A stretch of 64,000 nucleotides of DNA, taken from Eledone cirrhosa. Taxonomy: Eukaryota. Position numbers and translations under genes: made by a program. Within the stretch, counting starts at the first letter, position 1. Each line of letters starts with the position of its first letter. Below, in pieces: positions 13,792 to 28,465 of the stretch. Location: NCBI GenBank assembly GCA_964016885.1, contig OZ024743.1, forward strand, positions 31,000,001-31,064,000, given 5' to 3'. Below the pieces are notes generated by a model that saw nothing but the letters and a program-made list of their open reading frames with translations, was not told the DNA's origin and made no database searches.

Positions 13792-14094
13792 CTTTCTTTA
13801 TTAACCACATGGGTTTACATAAAGTAGACATTAAGGACAGTACAGGACAATACATGACGGTACAAACGGGCATTTCTACGTGTAAAAAAAACAAAAACAG
13901 GATGTAACAAAAAATAACAATGAAAAATTCCCCAATAGGGTGACTGTCCTATACGGACATGCCAGACAACAACACGACGGTAACATAGACAACATAGAAA
14001 TTAGAATAATATATAAACATAGAAATGACTCAGAGAGGCCAGTGAAATAGAACTTAGAAGGCCAAGGCTAAACAGAAAGGATCAATGGAATAAC

Positions 14095-14638
14095 AACAAC
14101 ACCCAAACAAACAACACTGACCTAAGAGAAGTATAAATAAATAAATAGATAAATAAATAAATAAATAGATACACAAGCACAATAACAACAAACACATATA
14201 AACACACACTAGTAAACATAGAATACATTAACCAATACCTGTCACACAATCACGAACACACATCAAATAAAGCACCATACACACACGCAAACGCATGCAC
14301 AAAGAAGACAACATATAATAAACAAATAAATAAATATATAAACAGAATAAGTAAAGATGGCGTAGAAAATACAATGCAACGGGAGGAAAGAATATCACCA
14401 CTGACGATGTTGCAGATGTGCAACGAAAGAAGTTTGATAAACTATATATATGTGTTTGTGTCTATATTGTATCCGTATTATTTTTAACCATTCGTCAGTC
14501 AATGGCAACATTGAGGACCGAATAAATTAGATTACCGATATAAAAGACACAGAAGCGAAAAGCGAAAACCAACCAAACAATGAGTGTGTTCTGTTATTAA
14601 TTCTGGCAATATTACACAAATATGACCCTCCCCAAGTA

Positions 14639-14640
<2 letters not shown>
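14095..14640 (+). mobile_element. Non-coding PLE-like 3'-end family B (other copies 16371-16852 -, 16853-17238 +, ~23550-24075 -, ~38930-39400 +)
   Basis: Five similar copies share CTGA(C/T)GA-tGTTGCA-gatg-TGCAAC-GAAAG (HHR-like core with a weak stem I; some copies degenerate) and mostly end at (TA)n. Confidence 0.75.
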
Positions 14641-14727
<87 letters not shown>

Positions 14728-14736
14728 CTATATATG

Positions 14737-14793
<57 letters not shown>

Positions 14794-14794
14794 G

Positions 14795-14941
14795 TAATAA
14801 ATTTGAAGACTAAAGTCCTCCGGTTGCGACGTTTTTTGAAATATCCAGTTCTGCGTTTACAGATTGACTTTGTTAGTTTCAGAAGATCCCGTTAAGGGTG
14901 AAAGCATCGATTCTTTGCTTTAACTTTAATCTGTTATTTAA

Positions 14942-14945
<4 letters not shown>
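14795..14945 (+). mobile_element. TA-flanked family A fragment (copies 38711-38845 as a palindrome; 54820-55440 on -)
   Basis: Shared motif cagaagatcccgttaagggtgaaagca.cga.tctttgctt. Confidence 0.7.
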
Positions 14946-14980
<35 letters not shown>

Positions 14981-14984
<4 letters not shown>

Positions 14985-15150
14985 ATAGAAGGACCTTATA
15001 CAGGACTAGTACTGTTTCATTCAGATGGAAGATTTCATCTGAATGAAACAGTACTAGTCCTGTAGAAGCTCCTTCTATAAAATAAAAAATGTTACTCTGC
15101 CATGTATTGAGTACCTTACTTACTTATCCCCGACTCAACCCGGGACCTAC
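14981..15150. mobile_element. Short fold-back insertion (arms 14981-15027 and 15036-15082, tail to 15150); related copies ~35900-36025 and ~8490-8605 on -
   Basis: Inverted arms between (TA)n tracts contain the HHR 3' half GAAAC-AGTACTA-GTC. Confidence 0.75.
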
Positions 15151-15229
<79 letters not shown>

Positions 15230-15232
15230 ATA

Positions 15233-15307
<75 letters not shown>

Positions 15308-15466
15308 TATATATATTATATATATATATATATTATATATATATATATATTATATATATATATATATTATATATATATATATATTATATATATATATATA
15401 TATTATATATATATATATATATTATATATATATATATATTATATATATATATATATTATATATATA

Positions 15467-15568
<102 letters not shown>

Positions 15569-15794
15569 CGGAAAAATGAAACGAAATTTCATTTCTCACT
15601 CTTAGTACGGCTGTTACTTAAATATAAGTATGTATACGTACATACATATGTATATACATATGTACAGTAGTATGTATATATATATACAAACATGCACACA
15701 TATATATATATGTACGTATGGATTCACCGAACATTTATTATAATGCTCAGTGTGTTCGTAAACAAACATCCCCAATTAAGCCGTTATATACATA

Positions 15795-15898
<104 letters not shown>

Positions 15899-15927
15899 AA
15901 TATATATATATATATATATATATTTAA

Positions 15928-15959
<32 letters not shown>

Positions 15960-16330
15960 GGTATGTAGCATTTCTTCTAAGTTTTATTTTACACCTAACT
16001 GTGTTTGGTTGACTGTATATCTGGTCGATTTATACATGCTGTCGAAAAGTTCGATAAATACTCCATCGTAGCCACCGCGAAGGGGCTGCTTTCGGTTATC
16101 TGTCGGAGATTTTTTCATAGTAGCCTATTCTTATAGTTTGGTCTAATTGATTTTTTATAAGGTTAATTATACTAATTGGGAGAGGAAATGGTATATATTA
16201 TATCTAGTGATTCTAAAGACATGTTTTATGATATATAGCTCTGATTATTTAATTTATTAATTCTTCATTGAGCCCCAACGTGACCTGTTGCAAAACACAT
16301 ATATAACTATGACTTTATATATATGTAAAC

Positions 16331-16370
<40 letters not shown>

Positions 16371-16374
<4 letters not shown>

Positions 16375-17238
16375 TTACTTGGGGAGGGTCTATTTGTGTA
16401 ATAATATTGCCAGAATTAATAACAACACACTCACTGTTTGGTTGGTTTTCCCTTCTGAGTCTTTTACATCGGTTAATTTAATTTATTCGGTCCTCAATGT
16501 TGCCATTGACTGACCAACGGTCAAAAATACAGATACAATATAAACACAAACACATATATATAGTTTATCAAAGTTCTTTCGTTGCACATCTGCAACGTCG
16601 TCGGTGGTGCTATTATGTTTCCTCCCGTTGCATTGTATGCTCACGCCATCTTTATTTAGTTTGTTTATATATTTATTTGTTTATTTTTTTGTAGTCTCTG
16701 CGCATGCGTTTGCGTGTGTGTATAGTGTTTTGTTTGATGTGTGTTCTTGTTAGGGTGACTGTGTATTGGTTAATGTATTCTATCTTAGTTTACTAGTGTG
16801 TGTTTATATGTGTATGTTGTTATTGTGCTTGTGTATGTATTTATTTATTTATTTACACAGTCATCCAAACAAGAACACACATCAAACGAACCACTATACA
16901 CACAGGCAAACGCATGCGCAGAGAAGACAAACCAATAAACAAATAAATAAATAAACAGACTAAATAAAGATGTCGTAGGCATACAATGCAACGGGGGAAA
17001 CATAATAGCACCACTGACGATGTTGCAGATGTGCAACGAAAGAACATTGATAGACTATATATATATGTTTGTGTCTATATTTTTATCTGTATTTTTAACC
17101 GTTGGTCAGTCAATGGCAACATTGAGGACCGAATAAATTAAATTAACCGATATAAAATACACAGAAGCGAAAACCAACCAAACACTGAGTGAGTTCTGTT
17201 ATTAATACTGGAAATATTATTACACAAATATAGCCCTT
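16371..17238. mobile_element. Fold-back of two family B copies, 3' ends outward
   Basis: ~16390-16765 is the reverse complement of ~16853-17235; the spacer continues the left copy. Confidence 0.85.
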
Positions 17239-18298
17239 ATTATTTAAGAATGTATTGCACAAGTTACAGCATGATTATATGTATATATATATGTGTGTGT
17301 ATGTGGCTGTGTCTGTTTGTGTCTGTTTGTTTGTGTTTGTGTTTGTTTTATAATTCTATTTGTGGCTAGATTCCTGAGCAAATGCTGTTACTCTTCTAGG
17401 CTATCTTTTGCAGAAATTATATACGTTTTAGATATGTAGATAAAAAGAAATATGTTTTCCTTTAGTTAAATTAACAAAAAACAAATTTTGGACTGTCTCC
17501 CTTTGATTTGATCTACATAGATATAAACTTATGAAATACATGATTGCATGAGTAGAATTAATATAACTCAATGGATCAGGTTCTAAATATGGGGAAATAT
17601 GTTACGTTTAAATATTTGTTATGAAATCAACAGTGAAATATACAAAATGTAGAAAGAATATAATAGGAAATCTGTCTTCCATGTTGCTTATTTATATATT
17701 TGTCTAATGTGGTTTATAGGTTGTACAGCATTTCTATGCTGTATTATCTATTTAAGATATCTTCTGATCGTCTCAGGATTCCGATGTACAGACAAGACTC
17801 CAATCGATTCTTTCTGAGAGTGACTGTTTTGTTATTAACGTCTAACCAATTACCAATAGATTTCGCTAATATTATACGTGCACACTTGATTTAATAATCT
17901 GCACCTGCCTCTGAGATCTTTGCATTGTAAATCTTCATGAGGCTGTCAATGATTTCAGTATAAAACATATGTTTTCCCTTCAGGTTTTCTTTGCACATCA
18001 GTTTCACTTTAATGATGTTTGTTGTGATTTTGTCATATACTTATAGTTTCAATATATATTGCGGTTAATTATACGGTATGATAATTTTGTTGTTGTTTTT
18101 TTACCATCAATATATAAAGCATTAACAAACAATAATTGAATTGCTTAAGCATGAGAACCTTTATATTCCATAACGTTACTGCACTGAACTTATTATAATG
18201 AATAGAATATCGACGTATGATATTTGATAGCATTGATTAAAATAATATTTTGTGAGGGACTGTATGGATCACTGTTGTTAATATGAAATCAACTGTGA

Positions 18299-18802
<504 letters not shown>

Positions 18803-18855
18803 ACGAGTGTGTGTGTTGTAGGAGGGAATGTATGGCTGTATATATGTACATATAT

Positions 18856-19466
18856 GTGTCAGGTCACCACTTGGTGCTACTGGTAACATGTATCCCAGTA
18901 CAACCTGTCTCATGGTCGGGTCGTTGGCGACTAAACTGGCAACCCCACCAAGGTTTCTTGGTGAGGAGGGTGATTTTGGACATCCTGCAGGACTAAAAAC
19001 AAAACCTGTCAAAGGGCTAAGGAGCTCTTAAGAGTCAATGGCCATCCAAAATCACCGGGAGAGATGACCCCTTAGCCTTTGTCAAGGCAGAATTCTAGGA
19101 GAAGGAAAACTCTGATATAACACCTGCAACCCTGATGGTATCCAATGATGTTGACTTGTTCTTCTTTTTGGTAAATATCATCTTGGTTAAGAGAGTGGGA
19201 CTGGCTTTGTGCAGTGCCTTTGCTCACTATAAAAGCTTCACGGCACAGGCATTGCTTTATATCTGGAGATCTCTCTGCACTTGTCCTCACATGGTACCAT
19301 GGGCCCAGCACTATGTGTCAATAATTGTCACAAGTGTAGTGTTTGTACCAGAGTTTTCAAGTCGCTGGCTGGACTAAAAAGTCACACTCGTTCAGCGCAT
19401 TGGTAGGAGTTCTCCTACATGGATATAAAGTAGTGGCCGTACTCGAAAACGAGTTGGCAGCCACCA
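18856..19466 (+). mobile_element. Bipartite non-autonomous RTE-derived element (~610 bp)
   Basis: RTE-like 5' UTR (ctggcaaccccacc, ggagaaggaaaactctga) joined to a C-terminal C2H2 remnant CSVCTRVFKSLAGLKSHTRSAH* and a short 3' UTR. A near-identical copy is at 46540-47158. Confidence 0.72.
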
Positions 19467-19604
19467 TATATATATATAGGGCAAGGGATTTGCATATCGA
19501 AAATACACTTCCGAGGCACAAGCCCAGGAAAGCTGCTTTTTTAGGAGACCACTATTCTTCTCGAGGAATAAGAAAGGGTAATGCCGCTACATGGTAGCGC
19601 CAGC

Positions 19605-19725
19605 GATGATGCAATTGTTTCCAGTTAAGTGAACTGGCCTAATGTGAAAAAAAGGTGTATGGCTCAAAGACTCAATGCATCGTTTCCTCCGGGAATCGAA
19701 CTCACAATCACTAAGCCATGCGTCA
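19605..19725 (-). mobile_element. Degenerate tRNA-SINE, second family
   Basis: B-box-like gagttcgattcc on the minus strand; similar to 52575-52682. Confidence 0.5.
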
Positions 19726-21918
19726 TAACATGAGCATATATATACATATATATATACATTAAATAAAGAATAGCCCCTCCATCTAAGACGTAAGTAATTA
19801 TTACGTTAGCAGTTATAATGTTGGTTGCTTTTTACTGACGAGGTGCATTTCGACAGAAAGAGCTTAGGTGTAATTATATCTGATGTTTTGTTTCCTGTAA
19901 ATGATGAAACTGCGCTAGATACACCCATAGATGAGTTATTAGAATTATTAAAACTCTCATTATACAATCATGATAATATTAGAACAATTCGGACCCACAT
20001 TATATCACATTGAATCTGACTTCAAAATTTTCCCGAGCTGTTTCTTTTAGCTGTTTCTTTATGGTTAAATGGAATTTACCTTGCATTATACAGAAGAATT
20101 ACAGGAAAACTTCGGTTGACCGATGTTGGCGACACCTTCTCAATTATTGCTTGAAATTATTTGAATTCAGTTATGCATTTAATTACATTATTACGGGCTA
20201 TTAACCCAACGAATATTCTTTCATCCGCTTTATTTTTCTAGTAAAAAATCGATATCCCACTATTTAATGTAGGAATTCATCGACTATTGTAAGTAATAGC
20301 TACGTATATTATTGTATCTGCATTACAGGGATTTTTCATGTTAAGCACTATACCGTTTGATGAAATTATTATACCGAAAGATAATTAATTGCTGATATTT
20401 GTTCGTGCGATTCTATAATTAGATTCGTGATTACACTGTTGATATGATTCTAGCATGTATAATTCAGACTTTTGACTATAAAAACATATTTTAGATAAAA
20501 TATTCTTCAGAGTTTGTTTTGGGAAATTCGTATTAATCTGTTGTATATTTCGTTCTGAGAAAATTTGCTCGATACATGATTACATTCCCCTGGTAACATT
20601 ATGAATAATAGGTATATTTTTGCTTATATACTGGTGAAGAATTGTTCGTTGTTGTAAAAATAAAAGTTTTAACTCTCTATAAAGAAATAGGACATTCATT
20701 TTATTATACATGTTATAGATACATTGTAGATGCATTGTACTATTTAATGACGTTCCCTACGTATTTGATTTCAAATTCTCTCAGGTTTACCTTGACTTTT
20801 TCCTCAAAAAGTTGGAGCAAATATCTTCGAGAGAAATATTGAGGTGGCTCAAGTCGTACGTTCATTCTTCTAAAACTAAATACTTTTTGACCATGCTAAA
20901 TGTGTTTCAGAGTTTGTACTGGTGTCGATGTTCGTATTTATATTTTACAGAATATGCAACAATCAATTAATGTGACTGTTTAACAAAAAAGCATACTCGT
21001 ATATGTTCTAAAATAAAACGAATCTATCCAGATGTGGAAACCATTACATGTTGTTATTTTATGTAATTAGACTATGGTGATATTCGTAAACTTGAAGTTA
21101 ATCTAATGTATGTTAGCACTCTGTAATTAGAGAACAACTTTATATAGTTATTCAATTTAAATGGGATCACAACGAATAGTGTTGATTGATCGTTCATTTC
21201 TTCGTTATGGACATATCCTATAATATACACCCACATGCACTGTATTTCACTCATTGGTTGTTTGTTGGTTTTTTTATAACCAAAACATCAAGGTGTTTCA
21301 GATAGAGGACCAGTATTACAAAACCCGGAATTATGTCACAAACTTCAATGAGATCTATATATTATACTTAAAGCACAGTTATTTCTAACTTTTGTACATG
21401 TTTTAGTAAATCCAATCCCTGCCACTATGTTGCCGGCACTTTATATATAAAATACCTTCGATTAAATGCAACATTTCGGTAATATTTCAACTAAGAACGC
21501 AACGTATATAGAATTAATACTATTTAGCTGGCACCATAAAACTGATAGCAGCAACAAGTGCTATTTCTGATGTTTGTATATATTAACTTACCTATCTGGA
21601 ATACCGAGTCAGAAAAACAGACGAAACATATAAAAACTATTGAAAATAATTAGTTTCCATCGGTTCATTTCACTGAGTATATTAGTAGACAACAGCATTA
21701 ACATAGAATTTCGCTTCTTCTGTAGTGTACACGTATTATTTTGAGATGCAAATTGACAGTCGTATAGGACAAACAATATTTTATATTTAGCTGGATAACT
21801 AAATACACGCATAAAGGAGCTACAAATAGATTTGTATGCTGCTATGAATACATGCTGAGGTTTAAATGTTATACATTATTTATATCCATCTTCCCGCATA
21901 CACAGCTGTTTTCACACA

Positions 21919-21986
<68 letters not shown>

Positions 21987-22203
21987 ATGTATATATAAAT
22001 ATACATATGCATTTGTGTTTGTAAAAATATGTTGGTGTACGTATGTGTGTATGAATTATTTTCTTTCATGGCATGTACACATTCGTGTGTCTAAATGTAT
22101 ACTTGAATACCAATCTAATTAAATTAATCAAATTCAAACAGTGAAACACAATGATACTCATACATAGTGAGATAAGTAAATGCAAATCAATATAATTTAT
22201 ATA

Positions 22204-22284
<81 letters not shown>

Positions 22285-22288
<4 letters not shown>

Positions 22289-23145
22289 TATAGTATGTAT
22301 ACATACATATATGTCTACAGACGTACAGTAGTATGTATATATATATACATACATGCACACATATATATATATATGTGCGTATGGATTCATCGAACATTTA
22401 TTATAATGCTCGGTGTGTTTGTAAACCGTACAGTGTCTAGCAACCTTCGTTGCTCATTTGTTCAAACACTGACAAAGGAAAGCTCTACTAGTTTCAAGCT
22501 TATTAGCTATCGTCAGCAACGTATAGCTTTCTGTCAGATGATTAAACGCCTGAAAGTATATACTTTCCTTATGCATATTAACGGCTGAGAAGCCTAATTT
22601 GCATATAGATTGAACTAATCGGCCGGGGTACCGAAAACGATAAACGGAAAAAATGAAACTAAATTTCACTTCTCACTCTTAGTACGGCTGTTACTTAAAT
22701 ATAAGTATGTATACGTACATACATATATGTATACAGACGTACAGTATATGCAAATTAGGCTGCTCAGCTGTTAATATGCATAAGAAAAGTATATACTTTC
22801 AGACGTTCAATCATCTGGCAGGAAGGTATACGTTGCTGACGATAGCTAATAAGCTTGAAACTAGTACAGCGTTCCTTTGTCAGTGGTGAACAAATGAGCA
22901 ACGAAGGTTGCTAGACACTGTACGGCTTAATACGGGATGTTTGTTTACAAGCACACCGAGCACTATAATACATGTTCGGTGAATCCATACGTACATATAT
23001 ATATGTGTGCATGTAGGTATATATATATATATATATACATACTACTGTACGTCTGTATACATATATGTATGTACGTATACGTACTTATATTTAAGTAACA
23101 GCCGTACTAACAGTGACAAATGAAATTTCGTTTCTTTTTTCCGCT
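22285..23145. mobile_element. Retrozyme-like family D fold-back (inversion near 22745); partial copies 15568-15785 and 29596-29910
   Basis: Same ~425-bp unit as 36310-38182, with HHRs at 22481-22522 (-) and 22830-22872 (+). Confidence 0.85.
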
Positions 23146-24102
23146 GATATATATATATATATATATATATTAGAATGTGAGTATTTTTTTAACAAAATGA
23201 AAAATAACCGGGGTGTCCTACCCGAGTGAATGTATAAAGAAAAAGAGATGAAATCGAAAATGCAACTGGAGTCTTATTTTTTTTTTAAATATATATATTT
23301 ATTTGGTTCCTTTACCGGTTTCGCAGTTCTTCAGCTTTTCAAAAGGTGAGTTGAGATGGAGGGTCTGTGGTTTTCTCACATCTCAGATTTGAGAAAAACC
23401 ACAGACCCTCCATCTCAACTCACCTTGTGAAAAGCAGAAGAACTGCGAAACCGGTAAAGGAACCAAACATATATATATATTTTAAAAAAAAATAAGACTT
23501 CAGTTGCATTTTCGATTTCATCTCTTTTTCTTTATATATATATATATATTGTTATACTTGGGGAGGGTCATATTTGTGTATTATTGCCAGAATTAACAAC
23601 AGAACACACTCACTATTTAGTTGGTTTTCGCTTCTCGCTTCCGTGTCTTTTATATCGATAATCTAACTTACTCGGTCCTCAATGTTGCCATTGACTAACC
23701 GACGGTCAAAAATAATACACATACAATATAGACACAAACACATATATATAGTTTATCATAAATCTTTCGTTGCACAACTGTAACATCGTCAGTGGTGTTA
23801 TATTTTCCTCCTGTTGTATTGTATATCTACGCCATTTTTATTCAGCCTGTCTATATATTTATTTATTTATTTGCTTGTTTGTTGATTTGATTTGATTTTG
23901 TCTTCTTTGCGCATGCATTTGCGTGTGTGTATAGTGTTTTGTCTGCTGTGTGATGGGTGGCTAGTGTGTGTCTATGTGCTTGTTCTTATTGTGCTTGTGT
24001 ATGTATTTATTTACATATATATGTATATTTGTTTCGACACACGATTTCATATAAAAAACCTCGCAAAACTAATTCATCGCCGCTATATATATATATACAT
24101 AC

Positions 24103-24159
<57 letters not shown>

Positions 24160-24273
24160 GTGGTAGAACACTGGAAGGTTATATCTGTAGTGGTAGAGCA
24201 CTCAGTCCATGGGATATGTTAGGTAGAAGTGGTTACACAACAGTTAGTTAACCATACCGAGAACAATTGTTTC

Positions 24274-24278
<5 letters not shown>
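24160..24278 (-). mobile_element. TA-flanked fragment of the 58200-58370 family, truncated within the HHR
   Basis: Reverse complement aaggtGAAAC-AATT-GTT-ctcggtatggt.aactaactgttgtg... matches 58255-58365. Confidence 0.75.
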
Positions 24279-24340
<62 letters not shown>

Positions 24341-24341
<1 letters not shown>

Positions 24342-27300
24342 AGTATTGAAGTTTGCGTTGAAAATTGAAAAAGTCACAGGCGTGAAGAGTCCTCAATGTA
24401 AGTACCTGAGCAAAATGTAATGTATAATAAACAATACAATATAATTACCTCATTACCAGAGGTTTCCCGAATAAGACAAATACGAAAAACGTCCTCATTC
24501 GTTCGTCGGACAAGGTAATTTAAAACATAGAAAATATTTGAAAAGTCTCCTCAAGAAATACAAGAGTTTAACGGGCAAAAAATATATAAATAAAAATAAT
24601 GCAAGAGATATATATAAAATAAGGAAATATAGTTAGGGTACGTGTATATGTATATGTATACACTCACAAATGAACATATGTGTGCATGTACAAATGCATG
24701 TGTATGGTGAGAATGTGTGCGTAAGTACATATATGAGGCCAAATATATTTGTGTATATGTGACCACAAATACGTATATAATATGAGTTGAAAAAGAAATT
24801 GTATGATAATATAATTAACACGCATCCAGATACAGGTATTATATACACATACGAGTATGAAAGCACGCGTATAAACACACACACACGCTCACTTATATGC
24901 GGAAGATAAAGAGGGAAGGGTGTGAAATAGTAAAAAGAAGTGTAATTCTTTATATATGTATAAAAATGAAACAATATATGAGAATGAAAATTTATTTAAA
25001 ATCAAATAGAAAGTAATCAATTAACAATAGAGAAAAGAAAACAAACATAGGTACGCACGTACACAAACACATATACTTAAAAAATATTCATACACACAAA
25101 TACGTACAGACAAAAGCGGATACATGCGTACATACATACACACGAGGCACGTATATATATTGTTATCGCCACATGTATATCTAATCACGCGACTATATAT
25201 ATATACATATGTACATACACACCCATACATACATATACATATACACTCATATACATACACATACACATACATTCACCCGCATACATATACATGTATAAGT
25301 AAGTATGTAAAAAACCTAGATATATAAATACACACACACACATATATATATGTACGCACGCACACATACGGAAGCGTTCGTATACATATACATAACGTAT
25401 ACACACATAAGCTCACACACACATAGATACAGATTATAAGCCAGCCGTATGAATAAATTATTACAAATATAAAATCGGCTGCGAAACAACATAATATATC
25501 TGGAGTGGAAAACGCAAGTGACATTTTATCAGGTAGTAAAAGAAATTGGGGAAGTAAAATGTGGAATGTTTAGATATTAGGTAAGTGAATCGAAAATTAG
25601 GGGGGGGGTGTTACTGGTGGATGTGAAGTAAAAATAAAAATAAAAATAAAAATAAAAATAAAAATAAAAATAAAAATAAAAATAAAAATAAAGTTAAAAA
25701 TAAAGTTAAAAATGAAAGTAAATCAGAAAGAGAACTCTGTAAAGAGGATAATTTAAGGAAAGTTAAGAATAAGAGTTTATGGAGGATAAGTATCTGAGAG
25801 TGAGTTAAATTTATATGAGCTGCAAAGCAAGTGTGATTTCTTATGTGGCCAACTGGTGAACATTTCTGTTTTTGTATTTAGGCAGGTTTTTGGTGATTTA
25901 AGGTTCTGTAAAATCCAATATTTTTCGCTTATGCAGAGTGTGCATCTTCTTGTTCCTCTTGCATATTCTTTAGATTGGTTCAAAATTGAGGTATCCAATA
26001 TAAATTGGATTGGTCAATTGTGAACCAATCTAAAGAATATGCAAGAGGAACAAGAAGATGCACAATCTCCATAAGTGAAAAATATTGGATTTTACAGAAC
26101 CTTAAATCACCAAAAACCTGCTTAAATACAAAAAGAGAAATTTTCACCGGTTGCCCACATATGAAACACACTTGCTTTCCAGCTCATATAAACTTAACTC
26201 ACTTTCAGATACTTATCCTCCATAAACTCTTATTCTTCACTTTCCTTAAATTATCCTCTTTACAGACTTCTCTTTCTGATTTTCATTCATTTTTAACTTT
26301 ATTTTTAATTTTATTTTCATTTTTAATTCACATCCACCAGTAACCCCCCCCCCCCCCCCCCCCGCCACTACTTTTTGATTCACTTACCTAATATCTTCAC
26401 ATTCCACATTTTACTTCCCCATTTTCTATCACTACCTGATATCGGTGTCACATGCGTTTTCCACTCCAGAAATATTATGTGTTTCGCAGCCGATTTTATA
26501 TTTGTAATCATTTGTTCATACGGCTGGCTTTTAATCTGTATCTATGTGTGTGAGTATGCTTATGTATATGTATACGAACGCCTCCGTATGTGTGCGTGCG
26601 TACGTATATATATATGTGTGTGTATGTGTGTTTTTTATATCTAGGTTTTTTTACATACTTATTTATACGTGTGTGTGTATACGGGTGAATGTATGTGTAT
26701 GTGTATGTATATGTGTGTATATGTATATGTATGTATGGGTGTGTATGTATATATGTATATATACATATAGTCGCGTACGTACGTGTGATTAGATATACAT
26801 GTGGCGATATCTATATATATACGTGCCTCGTGTGTATGTATGTACGCATGCATGCGCTTTTGTATATATGTGTATATATGTGTATATAAATGTGTGTGTG
26901 TGTACCATGCGTACCTATGTTTGTTTTCTTTTCACTAGTGTTAATTGATTACTTTCTCTTTGATTTAAAAAATGTTTTCATTCTCATATATTGTTTCATT
27001 TTTATACATATATAAAGAATGACACTTCTTTTCACTATTACACACCCTTCCCTCTTTATCTTCCGCATATAAGTGATCGCGCGTGTATGTGTGTTTATAC
27101 GCGTGCTTTCATATTCGTATGTGTATTTAATACCTGTATGTGGATGCGTGTTAATTATATTAGCATACAATTTCTTTTTCAACTCATATTACATACGTAT
27201 TTGTGGTCACATATACACAAATATACTTGCCCTCATATTTTCACCATACACATGCATTTGTACATACACACATATGTACATTTGTGAGTGTATATACATA

Positions 27301-27535
27301 CATGTACACATACCCTAACTATATTTCCTTATGTTGTTCTATATGTCTTGCATTACTTTTATTTATATATTTTTTGCCCGTTAAACTCTTGCATTTATTG
27401 AGGAGACTTTTCAAATATTTCACTATGTTTTAAATTGCCTTGTCCGACGAACGAATGATGACGTTTTTCGTATTCGTCTTATTCGGGAAACCTCTGGTAA
27501 TGAGGTAATTATATTGTATTGTTTAATATACATTT

Positions 27536-27538
<3 letters not shown>
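24341..27538. mobile_element. ~3.2-kb palindrome of two 5'-truncated Naiad-type PLE copies
   Basis: Arms ~24410-25999 and 26004-27538 with apex ATCCAAT-ataa-ATTGGAT. Both arms begin with the GIY-YIG C-terminus (consensus WSIVNQSKEYARGTRRCTLCISEKYWIL..LNTKTE; ORFs 25777-25998 - and 26005-26343 +). HHRs lie near both outer ends. Confidence 0.88.
27433..27510 (+). ncRNA. Type I hammerhead ribozyme (mirror 24443-24520 on -)
   Basis: Stem I AATTGCCTTGT/ATGAGGTAATT (11 bp with G-U), core CCGACGA, stem II CGAAT...ATTCG, then GAAAC-CTCTG-GTA. Confidence 0.78.
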
Positions 27539-27600
<62 letters not shown>

Positions 27601-27605
<5 letters not shown>

Positions 27606-28000
27606 GGAGTTAAACAAGATTCAATGAGTATATCAAAGAATCAGTTTTACAGTAGATTGGAACCACTCTACGATAAAAATAATTTTCCAGAGTTATTAAT
27701 ATTAAAATACAAATATTAATAAAATAGATGTTCTTTTGATCAATTACATTTTATTATACATATTTCGGAGGTAGAACAGTACGTTCTCATCAGAAAAAAT
27801 ATAATGATACATGACATACCCTGTGATGTTAAATGGTTAATATTTAATTATTTAACCATTTAACATCTCAGGGTATGTCATGTATCATTATATTTTGTCT
27901 GATGAGGACGTACTGTTGTACCTCCGAAATATGTATAATAAAATGTAATTGATCAAAAGAACATCAATTTTATTAATATTTGTATTTTAATATATATATT
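27601..28000. mobile_element. Fold-back PLE-like insertion (arms ~27697-27840 and ~27852-27995)
   Basis: Inverted arms with an ~11-nt apex, a left-side tail and (TA)n flanks. Confidence 0.85.
27892..27944 (+). ncRNA. Minimal hammerhead ribozyme (degenerate mirror 27748-27800 on -)
   Basis: ATTTTGT-CTGATGA-GGAcGTAC-tgtt-GTACcTCC-GAAAT-ATGT-ATA-ATAAAAT. Confidence 0.8.
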
Positions 28001-28012
28001 CATATATATATA

Positions 28013-28097
<85 letters not shown>

Positions 28098-28289
28098 GCA
28101 AGGGTAAGGTATTGTCTAGACACATGTATCAACACTATGCGTGTTTGTAAGTATTCTATATGTGCAATGGTATAAAAGGGTCCGAGACTGACTATCGTTA
28201 GCAATTTGATTAACGTGTGATTTTGTCAGACAATATGTTTAATTACTTAACATATTTTTCAATATTTTAAAACATACATATATTTATAG

Positions 28290-28465
28290 ACGTCGAATTG
28301 TCAGTGTCTTTAAAAGGTAGGAAAACATGCTTTACGGTATTCGTACCATGTCTTTGCGTGCTCTGAGTTCAAATCCCGCTGTGCTTAACTTTGGCTTTCA
28401 TCCTTTCGAGCTCGATAAAAAAGTACCATCCAGTCCCCGGATCAATTCTTTCTCTATAGAAAACA
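28290..28465 (+). mobile_element. Degenerate tRNA-SINE
   Basis: ctgagttcaaatcccgc..aacttt.gctttcatcctttcg..tcgataaaa.aagtacca, as in 62611-62794. Confidence 0.7.

Noticed and set aside
13791-14095. Possible 3' end of another LINE on the minus strand
   Set aside because: No coding remnant or second copy in the window supports it.
14876-14920. Family A motif as a complete hammerhead
   Set aside because: C(A/C)GAAGA-stem II-GAAA is present but no convincing stem I closes, so it is kept only as HHR-like.
18860-18945. HDV-like ribozyme at the 5' end of the RTE-derived element
   Set aside because: Some pairings exist (CCAGT/ACTGG, ACC/GGT, GTCG/CGAC), but I could not build P1 or the nested double pseudoknot by eye.
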